IMG/VR virus record: IMGVR_UViG_3300021338_000004
Coordinates: 1-64,000 of that record
Direction: 5' to 3' (one strand)
Length of the DNA stretch: 64,000 nucleotides
Source: a virus
Under the pieces are notes generated by a model. The model was not told where the DNA came from. It worked only from the letters and a program-made list of their open reading frames with translations, and ran no database searches. Position numbers and translations under genes: made by a program. Of the stretch, positions 52,380 through 62,367 are shown piece after piece (position 1 is the first letter of the stretch; each line of letters opens with the position of its first letter).

Positions 52380-54122
52380 CTACGCCAAAGCATGACGATA
52401 CATATCATCAAGCCGTTTCACTTCCATTAGAGCAATCTGCGCCCGCACATGGTCACCACCATCCAAGCATTTGGCAGCCCAATCCTGTAGGTTTTGACGT
52501 ACCTCTGGATAATCCTCTAGTGTGCACTCGACGATCTCACTATCTGCGATCGCCTGCAGATCTCCAGGCGGCTCTGCTTCCATTGGCTCATCTGACAAGC
52601 CAAGCATGGTAAGCGCGTCATCCAAGTGGCGTTCTGCTTCTTCATTATCGGCATCAGAGCCACACGGTATGTAATTAGCCAGGAACGCAAAGGCGTATGT
52701 ATCGAAGATATCGGGCGATGCAATGCCCTGCGATCGCATCCGTTGCTTACTCATCATGAGCCATTGCCCACGGTCACTGAAGCCGTATGGAAGCTGTGTG
52801 AACTGAGTAATAGTTTTTGATCGCAGCGTGTCGTCTTTGGGATCCTGGTAGATAGACATACGCCCTGAGTCCAATGCGAAGCGGATTGCGACACAGGCCA
52901 TATCTTTTTTCTTGGGGAAGCGCCTTAGCATCGCCCGGGAATGAGGAGGAACCCCCCAGTGAATTCGCTGCACATTAAGTCCTGCGCGCTCACACTCTTG
53001 GGCCGTCGTCAGACCTAGTCCATCTGAGTCAATTGCGACAGTAACATTCGGGTATTCCTGCGAAGCAGCAATGATGCGGCGCGCAAAATCGACCGGGTTA
53101 CTACCTTTCGGTTGCACTTCTACTTTGACAGGCTCAACGTGGCGGTCATTAAACCCCGTACCCGATACTTTAAAAACGCTCATAACGGAGCTGTCACGCT
53201 CTTCCCCACTCGCCACATCGGCAGTTATGACCCACCCCCACTCTTCTTTGTGCCGCACAGAGATCTTAAAACCTGCATCAACCACGTTACGGCTTAACAG
53301 CATTCCGTCCAGGCTGTCAGGACAGACTCCCAGCACGCGGATCTGATATTCCGGGCTATCCCTTCCACCATATTCAAACCGCTTATCACGAATGAACTTC
53401 ATGGTTACAAACGGAGATTCCTCGGAATTCAGCGTTATTGCCGTGTATTTGCCTTTGGGGTTCGCCTCTGTTTTCGCCAATCGCAGCTGACTATCTGCGA
53501 AGTGCCCATTTGGGCGTGTAAACTGGCTCAACAGAAGGATCTTGTTATTATCTTCCGTAAGTGCGCCACTCAGCGTACTAAAAACCTTATCATCCGCACC
53601 AGACGCCTCGTCAACGACCACAAGATAATCCGCACGGTGGTTACCCGCCAAACCGTCCTCATTCCCCTTGGCACAGGTTTTTCCGAAGATCTGCCAGACG
53701 CCTTTAAAGCCACGAGCATAGAACGACTTGGCAGTAACCAGAAAGTATTGCTCAAGCCAGCGGTGTCTTTTGCAGATATCGGCCCACACGCGCTTGATGT
53801 ACGCAAAAACAACGTTAATTACCTGGTCGATACTGTTCGCAGTCAGCATAACCAGGCTGATCGGATGGCATATTAGGAAATGCAGGCACAGCGCTGCTGT
53901 TAGATGAGACTTTCCCGTACCATGCCCGGAAGCAACCGATACTGCGGCTCCTATTGGCTTCAGCGCAAAGATAACATCTGCCTGTTGCCAGCTTGGTTCC
54001 ATACCGCACACATCAACAACAAAGGCGTACGGATCGTTCATATAGGATGCCGCAAAGTCTAAATATCGCGGATCCTCCAGTATGGTGCGTTTACGTTTCT
54101 TGGCCATCATTTTCCTCGGCAT
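52380..54122 (-). CDS. pacB: Terminase large subunit (PacB-like)
   Basis: VASGHGTGKS, VVDEASG, ADVASG, SPDIFD. Confidence 0.93.
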   Translation of the reverse strand: MPRKMMAKKRKRTILEDPRYLDFAASYMNDPYAFVVDVCGMEPSWQQADVIFALKPIGAAVSVASGHGTGKSHLTAALCLHFLICHPISLVMLTANSIDQVINVVFAYIKRVWADICKRHRWLEQYFLVTAKSFYARGFKGVWQIFGKTCAKGNEDGLAGNHRADYLVVVDEASGADDKVFSTLSGALTEDNNKILLLSQFTRPNGHFADSQLRLAKTEANPKGKYTAITLNSEESPFVTMKFIRDKRFEYGGRDSPEYQIRVLGVCPDSLDGMLLSRNVVDAGFKISVRHKEEWGWVITADVASGEERDSSVMSVFKVSGTGFNDRHVEPVKVEVQPKGSNPVDFARRIIAASQEYPNVTVAIDSDGLGLTTAQECERAGLNVQRIHWGVPPHSRAMLRRFPKKKDMACVAIRFALDSGRMSIYQDPKDDTLRSKTITQFTQLPYGFSDRGQWLMMSKQRMRSQGIASPDIFDTYAFAFLANYIPCGSDADNEEAERHLDDALTMLGLSDEPMEAEPPGDLQAIADSEIVECTLEDYPEVRQNLQDWAAKCLDGGDHVRAQIALMEVKRLDDMYRHALA

Positions 54123-55455
54123 CCAGCGCCTCTAGCTCTTTGCGACGCTTCGCGAGGGCCTCTTCCTTTTTCGCAGCGTACTGCTGCTCCAATTCTTGAG
54201 CGCGCGCCTTAACCTGCTCTGGCGTAACACCACCATCGCCCATGTCGTCCTCGTTCTCGTCCTGGAATTCGGCCACAACCTCTTTTTCCAGCACAGGCGG
54301 TAGTTGCATAACCCCGGCCTTCATCAATCTGTAGGCGGCCTCTAGGGCTGTCAGCCCCTTATCCTCTTTCTCACTCAGCACTTCCTGCAGCAATTCGGCT
54401 TGATTGAGATAGGTCAGCGTATTCGCATGAATCAGGCGGGCATGTTTTAGCTTCAGGTTGGATAGGTTGGTGGTGAACCGGTGAACCAGCTGATTAAAGT
54501 CCGGCATCTGCTTAACGAATTGGATCCCGTCGTTGCCAGTGCCAACGCCCACCTCTATGCGCGCATCGTCATACATTTCCACTGGCACACTGCCGCCGTC
54601 GGCATGCTGTTTGAGCTGGTCGTACTCCATTTGACGCTGCAGAGTACGCATAAGCTGGCGACTAACTACCCGTATTTCACCTTCCAGGCTATGGGTATCT
54701 ACATCGTCTAACGCCTGACGTTCATCTTCGCTCTCAAACTGGGAATAAATGCCGTGTTTAGATGCATTCTGATTGCGTGCCGGTGCGCCTTCTGATTTTC
54801 CGCCGTGCAACTTGCAGCGACCGGTGCCGAAATGATGGGTTCCCCAGCCGGCGGGCATCTGGCAATAGCCACCACTGCGCGTAGTCGCATTGCAACAGCC
54901 GTCTCTCGGTCCTGGCGGTTCACCGTCATCACCCCCGTCACCACTCTCTTTCTTGCCTTCCAAGCCAAAGACGTTCATCAGGTTGCGACCGAAGGATGAA
55001 GGGCCGTCAGACGCATCTTCCGAGCTGCGATTTTTCGCATTTCCAGCGGCACCGTTGCGGGCACCGTCATGGGGTTGTTTCACAGATTCGATGGGAATGA
55101 CGTTGTTTGAAGTGCGCGCGCGACCCTCTATATCACGCTCTTCACTCTTATCATTTCCCTTATTATTCAGAGGCTTATCTTCTTTACTACCAATCGCCTT
55201 ACTGCGATTTTTCGCATTCCCTGCACTGCGACTTTTCGCACGCGCATTTTTCGCACTTTTCGCAGAAGGCTTACTCGCATTTTCCAGCCAGGCTTTGGCC
55301 GCTTTTCGGGTGATATATCGCTTTGCGGAACCATAAGAAACACCGGCCTGATTGCACCAGTCTTCAGCAGAAATCTGTGTTGCGTCATATGCCTTGGCAT
55401 ACGCTTCCAACAGACCTTTCCATTTGGCGGGATAATTGTCGTATGGGGCAGACAT
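54091..55455 (-). CDS. pacA: Terminase small subunit (PacA-like) with an HGGxSTG-type Zn domain
   Basis: N-terminal HTH (YGSAKRYI), CKLHGGKSEG, NQNASKHG.Y; overlaps pacB. Confidence 0.8.
   Translation of the reverse strand: MSAPYDNYPAKWKGLLEAYAKAYDATQISAEDWCNQAGVSYGSAKRYITRKAAKAWLENASKPSAKSAKNARAKSRSAGNAKNRSKAIGSKEDKPLNNKGNDKSEERDIEGRARTSNNVIPIESVKQPHDGARNGAAGNAKNRSSEDASDGPSSFGRNLMNVFGLEGKKESGDGGDDGEPPGPRDGCCNATTRSGGYCQMPAGWGTHHFGTGRCKLHGGKSEGAPARNQNASKHGIYSQFESEDERQALDDVDTHSLEGEIRVVSRQLMRTLQRQMEYDQLKQHADGGSVPVEMYDDARIEVGVGTGNDGIQFVKQMPDFNQLVHRFTTNLSNLKLKHARLIHANTLTYLNQAELLQEVLSEKEDKGLTALEAAYRLMKAGVMQLPPVLEKEVVAEFQDENEDDMGDGGVTPEQVKARAQELEQQYAAKKEEALAKRRKELEALDAEENDGQET
55026..55280. repeat. 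Clustered TTTTCGCA / TGCGA-N4-TCGCA repeats (candidate pac site)
   Basis: TTTTCGCA at 55032, 55209, 55233, 55248 and 55257, in the 5' part of pacA. Confidence 0.6.
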
Positions 55456-55562
55456 GGAGCTTTATCGCCCTCCCTTATGACACACAACAACCTGGTACTG
55501 CATATAGTCGCTCTCCAGCAAAAAAGAGACGACGACACCGGGAAGCATCGCCGTCCCGGTCC

Positions 55563-56108
55563 TTACGTGCTTGCAGAATCTGCTTCCAGCACACCTGCAA
55601 ATCGACTTGCCGTTTGAAGTTTTGCCAGGAGCTCATCATTTCTTTTGGTCAGATCAGCGTTGGCTCTCTCCAGGTGCTCATTGTGTCCTTTCAGTTTCTG
55701 GAGATCTTCTTTCAGGGCCCTGTTGGATTTACGCATGGCGCTAAGCTCATCTGTAAGACGACTCACCTCCTGATCGAAATGGGCACGATCCTCTTCGGCT
55801 TGGCGTTCATACTCTTCCACCAGCCTTGTGCACTGGTCTCTCAATAGCTCATTACTGGCTTGCGCTTCCTTGCGCACGGTTTCCATCATGGTGCTCTGTA
55901 TTTTCACCAGCGTTTCAGCGGCCTTAACATGAGCATCCTCTGCCTGGGCATGTTTTAAGCCAGCATCAGCGGCGTTCACTTTACGACCACCCCAATAAGC
56001 CCAAAAGCCAGTAGCACCCACCACTGCCGAGACAAGCGACGCCACGCCTAAAATTAATTCAGGCTTAGTGCTCCACAGCAGAGGAAGAGTTGTCACCGGA
56101 TCGGACAT
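55563..56108 (-). CDS. Single-TM coiled-coil protein of the lysis cassette
   Basis: N-terminal TM helix plus long coiled coil. Confidence 0.65.
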   Translation of the reverse strand: MSDPVTTLPLLWSTKPELILGVASLVSAVVGATGFWAYWGGRKVNAADAGLKHAQAEDAHVKAAETLVKIQSTMMETVRKEAQASNELLRDQCTRLVEEYERQAEEDRAHFDQEVSRLTDELSAMRKSNRALKEDLQKLKGHNEHLERANADLTKRNDELLAKLQTASRFAGVLEADSAST

Positions 56109-56373
56109 CTTGGCTATTCCCCCATTCCCGGATGCTGCGCTTGTCGATGTTGCAGGCTTTGAGCGCGGCTTCCAGTCGATCCACTCTCTCCAGCAACGCG
56201 CCATTCGTCAGCCCTTGGAGCTGAGGTATTGGCGTTTCCAGCGTGTACCGTTCGGGCACCAGCACTTTCCGCATCTCCGTTTTGGGGATGTGAACCGTTT
56301 TCACCGGTCCCGAGCTGCATCCGGTACACAAAATCAGGCAAAGGCTGATCAGCCCAAATGCGGTATTCGTCAT
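56065..56373 (-). CDS. o-spanin (Rz1-like lipoprotein)
   Basis: Lipobox CTGC; Pro-rich; CNID; overlaps the i-spanin. Confidence 0.8.
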   Translation of the reverse strand: MTNTAFGLISLCLILCTGCSSGPVKTVHIPKTEMRKVLVPERYTLETPIPQLQGLTNGALLERVDRLEAALKACNIDKRSIREWGNSQDVRSGDNSSSAVEH

Positions 56374-56677
56374 CAGTGTCTTTCTCCTGTCTAAGACGGT
56401 TCAGCCGATCCTGAAGCTGCGCATTATTTTTTTGATGGTTAGCTTCCCGTTGAGCATTGATACGGCGCTCATTAGCCTGCTGCACCAGCAGCCGGTTTAT
56501 TTCATGCGCCTGCTCATTCAGAGTGTTCAGACTCCAGTCCCGTACTAACTCCAGCTGTGCTTTATCTGCCTGCAGCTGACTGACTTCCCCTTCCAGGTTT
56601 CCTTTGGCCACAACTTGCCAGCCAAAAACAGCGGACAGGATGGCAAGCCCGCCAGCCACCATGCGAAATCTAGTCAT
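56114..56677 (-). CDS. i-spanin (Rz/LysB-like)
   Basis: N-terminal TM, coiled coil, WADQPLP. Confidence 0.8.
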   Translation of the reverse strand: MTRFRMVAGGLAILSAVFGWQVVAKGNLEGEVSQLQADKAQLELVRDWSLNTLNEQAHEINRLLVQQANERRINAQREANHQKNNAQLQDRLNRLRQEKDTDDEYRIWADQPLPDFVYRMQLGTGENGSHPQNGDAESAGARTVHAGNANTSAPRADEWRVAGESGSTGSRAQSLQHRQAQHPGMGE

Positions 56678-57258
56678 ACCCTCACCTTCATGCGCAGAAA
56701 GAAGCGCCAAATACGCCTAACGTATGTCAGCGTTTCTTTTGAGTGATGACCGGTAACTGCAGGCAGACACTTTGATATGCCGTCGTAGGTCCGTTTCCCA
56801 CCGCATAGCTTTTGTGCCTTGAGAAGATTGCCGAAACCGGCGTTATACGATGCCATTGCAAGGCTGTGACGGTCCTTTTCAGGTCGCGGGCTGCTCCAGC
56901 CTTTGCGAAGACGCGCCATGTAGTACGCGGAAGCCTGGATGTTATGGTGCTCACTGAACACCGACACCCCAGCAAACCCCATAGCAGTACTCACATCAGC
57001 CCATGTCCCCGGCATAAACTGCCCCAATCCTTTGGCTCCTACCGGCGACACCGCATATGGCTTTAACAGGCTTTCCTGGTAGAGCTGTGCTTTCAGCAAT
57101 CGCCAGTCAAGACCAGGTAACCACATGCGCGCAGCATCTTTGATTTGAGCGTCGTAACGATCAGGAAAGTGCGTTGCTGACAAGGTAGGCGACACCCAGA
57201 AAACGCAGCCCGTAATAAAGAGCCAGATCCGAATATTTGCCTTTAGTTTTCGCATCAT
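56674..57258 (-). CDS. SLT-family endolysin with an N-terminal signal/SAR segment
   Basis: YQES, AVSPVGAKGLGQFMP.T, ASYNAG, ETLTYV. Confidence 0.9.
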   Translation of the reverse strand: MMRKLKANIRIWLFITGCVFWVSPTLSATHFPDRYDAQIKDAARMWLPGLDWRLLKAQLYQESLLKPYAVSPVGAKGLGQFMPGTWADVSTAMGFAGVSVFSEHHNIQASAYYMARLRKGWSSPRPEKDRHSLAMASYNAGFGNLLKAQKLCGGKRTYDGISKCLPAVTGHHSKETLTYVRRIWRFFLRMKVRV

Positions 57259-57412
57259 TAACCCACTCCTTAAATGAGACGCCCGCCAGGCGATCGAAAT
57301 AGCGCAGCACCTGCGTTGAGATAACCAGGGCCACCAGCAGCAAAGCCATCTTCAGCAACGAGCCGAAGATGAACACATCGTTCATAAAGTCCGACGAGAT
57401 CGGTCCATCCAT
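57161..57412 (-). CDS. Putative holin
   Basis: 83 aa, two TM helices, upstream of the endolysin; GAGGT RBS. Confidence 0.65.
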   Translation of the reverse strand: MDGPISSDFMNDVFIFGSLLKMALLLVALVISTQVLRYFDRLAGVSFKEWVNDAKTKGKYSDLALYYGLRFLGVAYLVSNALS

Positions 57413-57701
57413 AAGAATTCACCTCAAATTGAGTTAGGACGACTGCACCATGCAGCCGCTCGACGACATCTCACCAGTTCCAGGTGACTAACTCATCTAA
57501 AGAAAAATTTGTAGGACCATTGTTCCTATATAAAAAACTCAAATAATTTGTTCATTGCACAAATTTTATGTATTTTAAATAGGCAACTTGATGGAAAAAG
57601 GAGTGGGTTTCAGCGAATGACGAGCCGCCACGCTAACACGCGGCGAATAACGAGACTCACAACAAAAAAATATTGTGTAAGTAGGAAGTAAGGAGAAAGA
57701 C

Positions 57702-58223
57702 ATGTTGATTTTGACCCGCCGAGTTGGCGAAACACTGATGGTTGGCGATGAGGTATCCGTCACCGTGCTTGGCGTTAAAGGAAACCAGGTTCGAATCGGG
57801 GTTAATGCCCCCAAAGATGTGCCCGTGCACCGGGAAGAGATCTATCGCCGGATTCAGGATGGTTGCAACCAGCCACTATCCGGCACAAAGCCAAAGGGCG
57901 GCTTTAAAAAGGGAGATTATGTTTCGCTTCAAGGAACACCTATCTCCACTCCCATTCTGGATGTTGAAAAAGGCGTAGACGGTACGCTCACTCTTGGGGA
58001 CGGCTCAACCGCGAAAGCCAGTCAATGCACCCTGCTCTGGCGACCATTCAAGATGGGCGATATGTCAGTAACGCAGCCCGGCAACCAGCGCCACGCAATC
58101 GCTAACCAACGCGACATTGATAGCGGCAATAAATTCGATCAGGGATTGGGCTCATTCCCGCTTGTGCATGAAAACACGTCATGGCGTGGAAGCCCTAAAT
58201 GGCAAAGCACGGCGTGTCGCTGA
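57702..58223 (+). CDS. csrA: CsrA/RsmA homologue with a C-terminal extension of about 120 aa
   Basis: [30 protein letters not shown]. Confidence 0.92.
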   Translation: MLILTRRVGETLMVGDEVSVTVLGVKGNQVRIGVNAPKDVPVHREEIYRRIQDGCNQPLSGTKPKGGFKKGDYVSLQGTPISTPILDVEKGVDGTLTLGDGSTAKASQCTLLWRPFKMGDMSVTQPGNQRHAIANQRDIDSGNKFDQGLGSFPLVHENTSWRGSPKWQSTACR

Positions 58224-58305
58224 AACGCGGCACTGCCTGGGTGAAATGAAAACGGCGGGGATTGCGGCCCCGCCGTAAAGACACAACCAAAATAAGGGAT
58301 CGGAT

Positions 58306-58461
58306 ATGTCTCTGAAACTGGATTCTAGCACACTGCGGGAACTCCCCGTAGCGATGATCAAAGAGATCTCTCGCAACCCGCAGTATCGCCGCTTGCTTGA
58401 AAAGCATGCTGAAAGCCACCCCGCAATCGCGGAACACCTTCTACGCACAATCGCCGCCTAG
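58306..58461 (+). CDS. 51-aa hypothetical protein
   Basis: AAGGGA RBS; MSLKLDSS..RTIAA*; below the ORF-track cutoff. Confidence 0.5.
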   Translation: MSLKLDSSTLRELPVAMIKEISRNPQYRRLLEKHAESHPAIAEHLLRTIAA

Positions 58462-58649
58462 AAGGGACCGCCCCGGTGTTGAATTGGCAGTCACACCGGG
58501 GCGAGAACCACCCGGAAGAAAGGACTTTCTATGCAATCCCGACTGATTCTAACCAGAAATCATAACAGTCCGTTCTATCCGAAAACACCTAAAAGCCCAC
58601 TTTGTCGCTGTGGTTTTTAGATTTTTCACACTTAATCAAAGGACTGGCT

Positions 58650-59588
58650 ATGTCTACTACTCAAATTGAGGGCAAGCAATACCCTGCCCGCCCAACCATC
58701 TTTGATCCTCATGTTGAGAAATCAGCATGGGAAAGTATCGCGCCTCGCTTAGCTGAATGGATGGGCACCACTGAAACCCAAGCTGTTGATCGCGCACTCA
58801 GACAGCGCGTCACATTTTCCTTGAATGAAGACGCATACGAAATTGCAAAAGGCCTTGAAAAGGGCGGTTGGGACACTGACAGAGACCTTCTCGACATATT
58901 AGAAGGTATGGACACTTGGTCAGCCGTACGGCGCGCCGAAGAAGCCTGGATAGAACAAAACAATATCTCCTCCTCTTGCCGACTCCACCAGCTGGTAGAA
59001 ATACATCGATTTTCCGCTAAATGTGGTCGCGTCATCGGAGAAATTACCGATATTCACCCGAAGACAGGCAAAGTAGATGTATTCCTACCCCAACGAGGTT
59101 TTGTGCGAAAGGGCTCAGGCACCCATAGCACCCTTATCAACATAGAGGACATCACCTGCATTCCTCTGTCTTGCTTTGATCACCTTGAAGCACCGGTCAT
59201 GAACGGCGAACGACGCTACCAGCTTCGCCCCCGGGACTTCATCTTGGTTAAGCCTCCAGGCTTCCCCCCCCGCCTTGAAATAGTGAAAACGGTACGCAAT
59301 GCACAAGTCTACTTCGCCCAGATGCGAGACGACGCATACTCTAAGTCCCTGTATACCTTCGTGATCGATCACGCTCATGAGCAGCATTGCACGTTACTCG
59401 CTCGCCCAATTCTTGAAGGCGACGCCTTCGAGCAGCTGGAAAACGGTAGCTGGTCGGATGTGGATTGCAGCCTATACAGCGACCGCAAGTTAGAAGAACT
59501 GCGGGCCGCTAACGGCTTCACAACGCGCTTAAAAGACGCCAGCACGCGAGGCGACTTCCACATTGCCCAGCAGCTATCGGTAGAGTGA
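58650..59588 (+). CDS. Hypothetical early protein
   Basis: AAGGA RBS before MSTTQ. Confidence 0.7.
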   Translation: MSTTQIEGKQYPARPTIFDPHVEKSAWESIAPRLAEWMGTTETQAVDRALRQRVTFSLNEDAYEIAKGLEKGGWDTDRDLLDILEGMDTWSAVRRAEEAWIEQNNISSSCRLHQLVEIHRFSAKCGRVIGEITDIHPKTGKVDVFLPQRGFVRKGSGTHSTLINIEDITCIPLSCFDHLEAPVMNGERRYQLRPRDFILVKPPGFPPRLEIVKTVRNAQVYFAQMRDDAYSKSLYTFVIDHAHEQHCTLLARPILEGDAFEQLENGSWSDVDCSLYSDRKLEELRAANGFTTRLKDASTRGDFHIAQQLSVE

Positions 59589-60079
59589 GGACTCTAGGAA
59601 TGAAACGACAATCCCCAAGCACAGCGGCGATGGTACGCCGCGTTAAAGAATTCCTGAAAGGCCGCTCAGATGCATCTCAGCTGTCGTACGACAAAATCAT
59701 GACTGAGACCAAAGCAACTCGCTATGCGGTCACTAAAGCCAAGCGAGACATGGGCCTGCTTGCATCTCAGCTAAAAATCAAAAAAGAGGCTCAAGCCAAT
59801 GGGAAGCTTCCTGACGACCGAATGAAAGAGCTGAGAAAAGTCGCGCTGTATCAGCGACGCAATTACACCAGCGCAGAAAAGACCGCTCACATTGTCGCTG
59901 AACAATATGGACTGACTCATTCCGGTGAAATCAAAAAGCTGACATCGTACATACAAACTCAATATTCACCGCATGACAAAATCGGCATGTCTACCATGGC
60001 GCTGCGCGTCCCGTTTTCTGAGTTCGGAAAGCTCGTTTCCATTGGTGAAGAGAAGCTTTTACTGGGAGGCACAGCATGA
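59585..60079 (+). CDS. Basic hypothetical protein (possible DNA binding)
   Basis: Coupled ORF; HTH-like SYDKIMTETKATRYAV. Confidence 0.6.
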   Translation: MRTLGMKRQSPSTAAMVRRVKEFLKGRSDASQLSYDKIMTETKATRYAVTKAKRDMGLLASQLKIKKEAQANGKLPDDRMKELRKVALYQRRNYTSAEKTAHIVAEQYGLTHSGEIKKLTSYIQTQYSPHDKIGMSTMALRVPFSEFGKLVSIGEEKLLLGGTA

Positions 60080-60519
60080 CATCTACCACCGACCTTGATC
60101 CACGCATGGCGGCCCGTGCCATCCTGGAACGAAACGCCACGTTAGAGCAGATCGAATCCTACATTAACTGGAAAAAGCGCTGCCATGCTGGCGATGTATG
60201 TGAAGGAGTCATGCACCTGCTGTTAGGCGTAGTCCGGCTTCAGAAGCAACAAATACAAGCACTCGAAGAAAAGCAGCTATCTCAGCTTTTGGAAATCGAA
60301 GACCTTAAAACCAGCAAGCTCTGCACTGATGGGATCCCAACGTTCTATCTCTCTGCAGAACACGCACCGGTCACGCACCGCCTGAGTGAAAACGATATCC
60401 CCATCTGGTGCAAATCTGCCGATGATGGAATGAAAGCGATCGATCTGATTCAAGAGCTGATTACTCAGAGTGAGAACCTGCAAGCCAATTCACCAGAACT
60501 GGAGGCATACAATGTGTAA
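60076..60519 (+). CDS. Hypothetical protein
   Basis: GGAGG RBS; ATGA overlap. Confidence 0.65.
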   Translation: MTSTTDLDPRMAARAILERNATLEQIESYINWKKRCHAGDVCEGVMHLLLGVVRLQKQQIQALEEKQLSQLLEIEDLKTSKLCTDGIPTFYLSAEHAPVTHRLSENDIPIWCKSADDGMKAIDLIQELITQSENLQANSPELEAYNV

Positions 60520-61492
60520 CCCCCCCAAGAAATGCCCGTTTTGCGCTGTCCTTCCGTCTTTTTTCGGGGAAAACGTTGCGTGCACCACTGAAGATTGCCC
60601 GTTGTGTGAAATTTCTTTCACATTGGAGGAGTGGAACACTCGGCGCACTCTGGAGGGCGAGCTTGCTGAAACGCTGCAGGAACACAAACGTTTGCATGCA
60701 GAACTGTCGGACGCACTGGAGTACGGCGCGGATTCGCCGTCACTATGCGACCTAGTAACAGATGTCCGCAAGCTGTTCGTTGAGCATTTTCAGCTGCAGG
60801 AACACCTAAAACGCTTTGATATCTTCGTTGAAGTCGGCAAAGAAATCCTTCGTCAGGATAACCGCTACACCGACCAACCGATGTTCCAGGTGCGTCAGCG
60901 AAAGCGCGTTTGGGGCTTTGATCCCAACAACCATGATCCAGAAAAAGTGATCTGGCTGAATGCAGAGAATGACTACAGCGAGGCTGATACCAAAGAGACA
61001 TACCGCCTGAACCAATTGCATGATGACGGTGAAGACACCCATCCCTGGCTTAGAACCGGTTACGAGGATTACATGAAGGTGGTAACCACTTGCTTCACGG
61101 AGAAAGGCTGCAAAGCTCATATGGAGATCAACGGGCATAACCTCAAACAGCCTGAGATCTATGCAGAAGGCAGTTTCCGCAACGTCGAATACCAAGCGTT
61201 ACGTAATGCCATGATAGATATTGCACGTAATACACCAGCTACTCGTATTGGCTCTTTTCGGCATTTAACAGACTTGACAGCATTCGCTAACGAAATATTT
61301 CAGATCAGCCGGGAAGATTGCAGCGCTGACGCCAGCACGATTCAAAGGCTTGGCATCAAACATGGCCTACTGAAAGAATCTGAACGAACTTCCTCTTATG
61401 GAGCTCACTGCGCATGCAAAGACGCCACTATTTCTTTTCCGACTACTTGTGATCTCATCACATACACTCAGGAGGTGCCACATGGCGAATAA
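60512..61492 (+). CDS. Ead/Ea22-like protein with a Lar-like N-terminal Zn ribbon
   Basis: KCPFC..WNTR; QDNRYTDQPMF..VTTCFTEKGC..NGHNL..GSFRN.E. Confidence 0.65.
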   Translation: MCNPPKKCPFCAVLPSFFGENVACTTEDCPLCEISFTLEEWNTRRTLEGELAETLQEHKRLHAELSDALEYGADSPSLCDLVTDVRKLFVEHFQLQEHLKRFDIFVEVGKEILRQDNRYTDQPMFQVRQRKRVWGFDPNNHDPEKVIWLNAENDYSEADTKETYRLNQLHDDGEDTHPWLRTGYEDYMKVVTTCFTEKGCKAHMEINGHNLKQPEIYAEGSFRNVEYQALRNAMIDIARNTPATRIGSFRHLTDLTAFANEIFQISREDCSADASTIQRLGIKHGLLKESERTSSYGAHCACKDATISFPTTCDLITYTQEVPHGE

Positions 61493-62066
61493 AGCAAGTG
61501 TAGCCTGGGTGGGCACAGATTATGAAGGCTGCGGCATCGTTGTTTTTCACCATCATGGGCTCGCTGCTCGCCGCCTTGCAGCAGAAGCCAAAGGGGAAGA
61601 CTTTGACAGCATAGAGCTTCGTCGTGCTCCTGAGTTTGATCAATACGCCAACCAAGGCTATGTCCCACAAATGGACCTTATTCGGGCAGGCTGGTGGTTT
61701 GAGTGCGCACACTGTGCAGCTCGCATTGATGAGGAGCACACACCTCTTCATCAAATCGTTCAGGAAGAGGAGGCGTTGTTTTGCAGTAAAGCATGTAAAG
61801 CCGCCCGAGACCAAGGGATACAAGACGTAAACGACCGATTTGAAGCGTTCAAGGAAAAGGTTCAAGCCCTACGCCCCGATCTGACATTCACAAGCTTTCG
61901 CGGTGGCTGGCCCATGACTAACATGAGTGCAGCATTTTCATTCCCAGGGATGCAGCACAACGCTTCTGTACATGAAGACAAAGGCCAGCTCACCTGGTGG
62001 ATATCAGGCGAAGATCAGGACGCCTGGGATCAATATGAAGCATCACGAACCGCGAGCAATGAATAA
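61482..62066 (+). CDS. Phage hypothetical protein with a Zn finger
   Basis: RRAPEFDQY..GWWFECAHC..FCS..C. Confidence 0.65.
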   Translation: MANKASVAWVGTDYEGCGIVVFHHHGLAARRLAAEAKGEDFDSIELRRAPEFDQYANQGYVPQMDLIRAGWWFECAHCAARIDEEHTPLHQIVQEEEALFCSKACKAARDQGIQDVNDRFEAFKEKVQALRPDLTFTSFRGGWPMTNMSAAFSFPGMQHNASVHEDKGQLTWWISGEDQDAWDQYEASRTASNE

Positions 62067-62127
62067 ATCTGTTCAATGAACAAAAACGCGCTACACTAAT
62101 GGGACTGCAACAAAGAAGCGTAAGGCT

Positions 62128-62367
62128 ATGACGAATAACGAAAAACTGATCATTATTCAGCGCAAACTGGGATTGCGAGCAGAGAATATTGCAACAGCGA
62201 CACTCTCCTCAGTTCAAACCGTTTACGGCTGGCGCCAACCAGTGGATTCTGATCGTCACCGCGGCATGAGAGATCAGCCGTACAAGCTGCTGACTGACTG
62301 GCTAATCCAGGAAGGAAAAGCCAGCTCTATCGATGAAATAAACGCTTTGCTTCAGGACGCCGCATAA
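62128..62367 (+). CDS. Small HTH regulator
   Basis: LGLRAENIA..SVQTVYGWR; palindrome TGTTCAATGAACA upstream (62070-62082). Confidence 0.6.
   Translation: MTNNEKLIIIQRKLGLRAENIATATLSSVQTVYGWRQPVDSDRHRGMRDQPYKLLTDWLIQEGKASSIDEINALLQDAA

Noticed and set aside
55456-57480. Late-promoter consensus upstream of pacA and the holin
   Set aside because: Both share CGACGACA(C/T)C but have no -10 box at the N18-19 spacing, so no promoter was called
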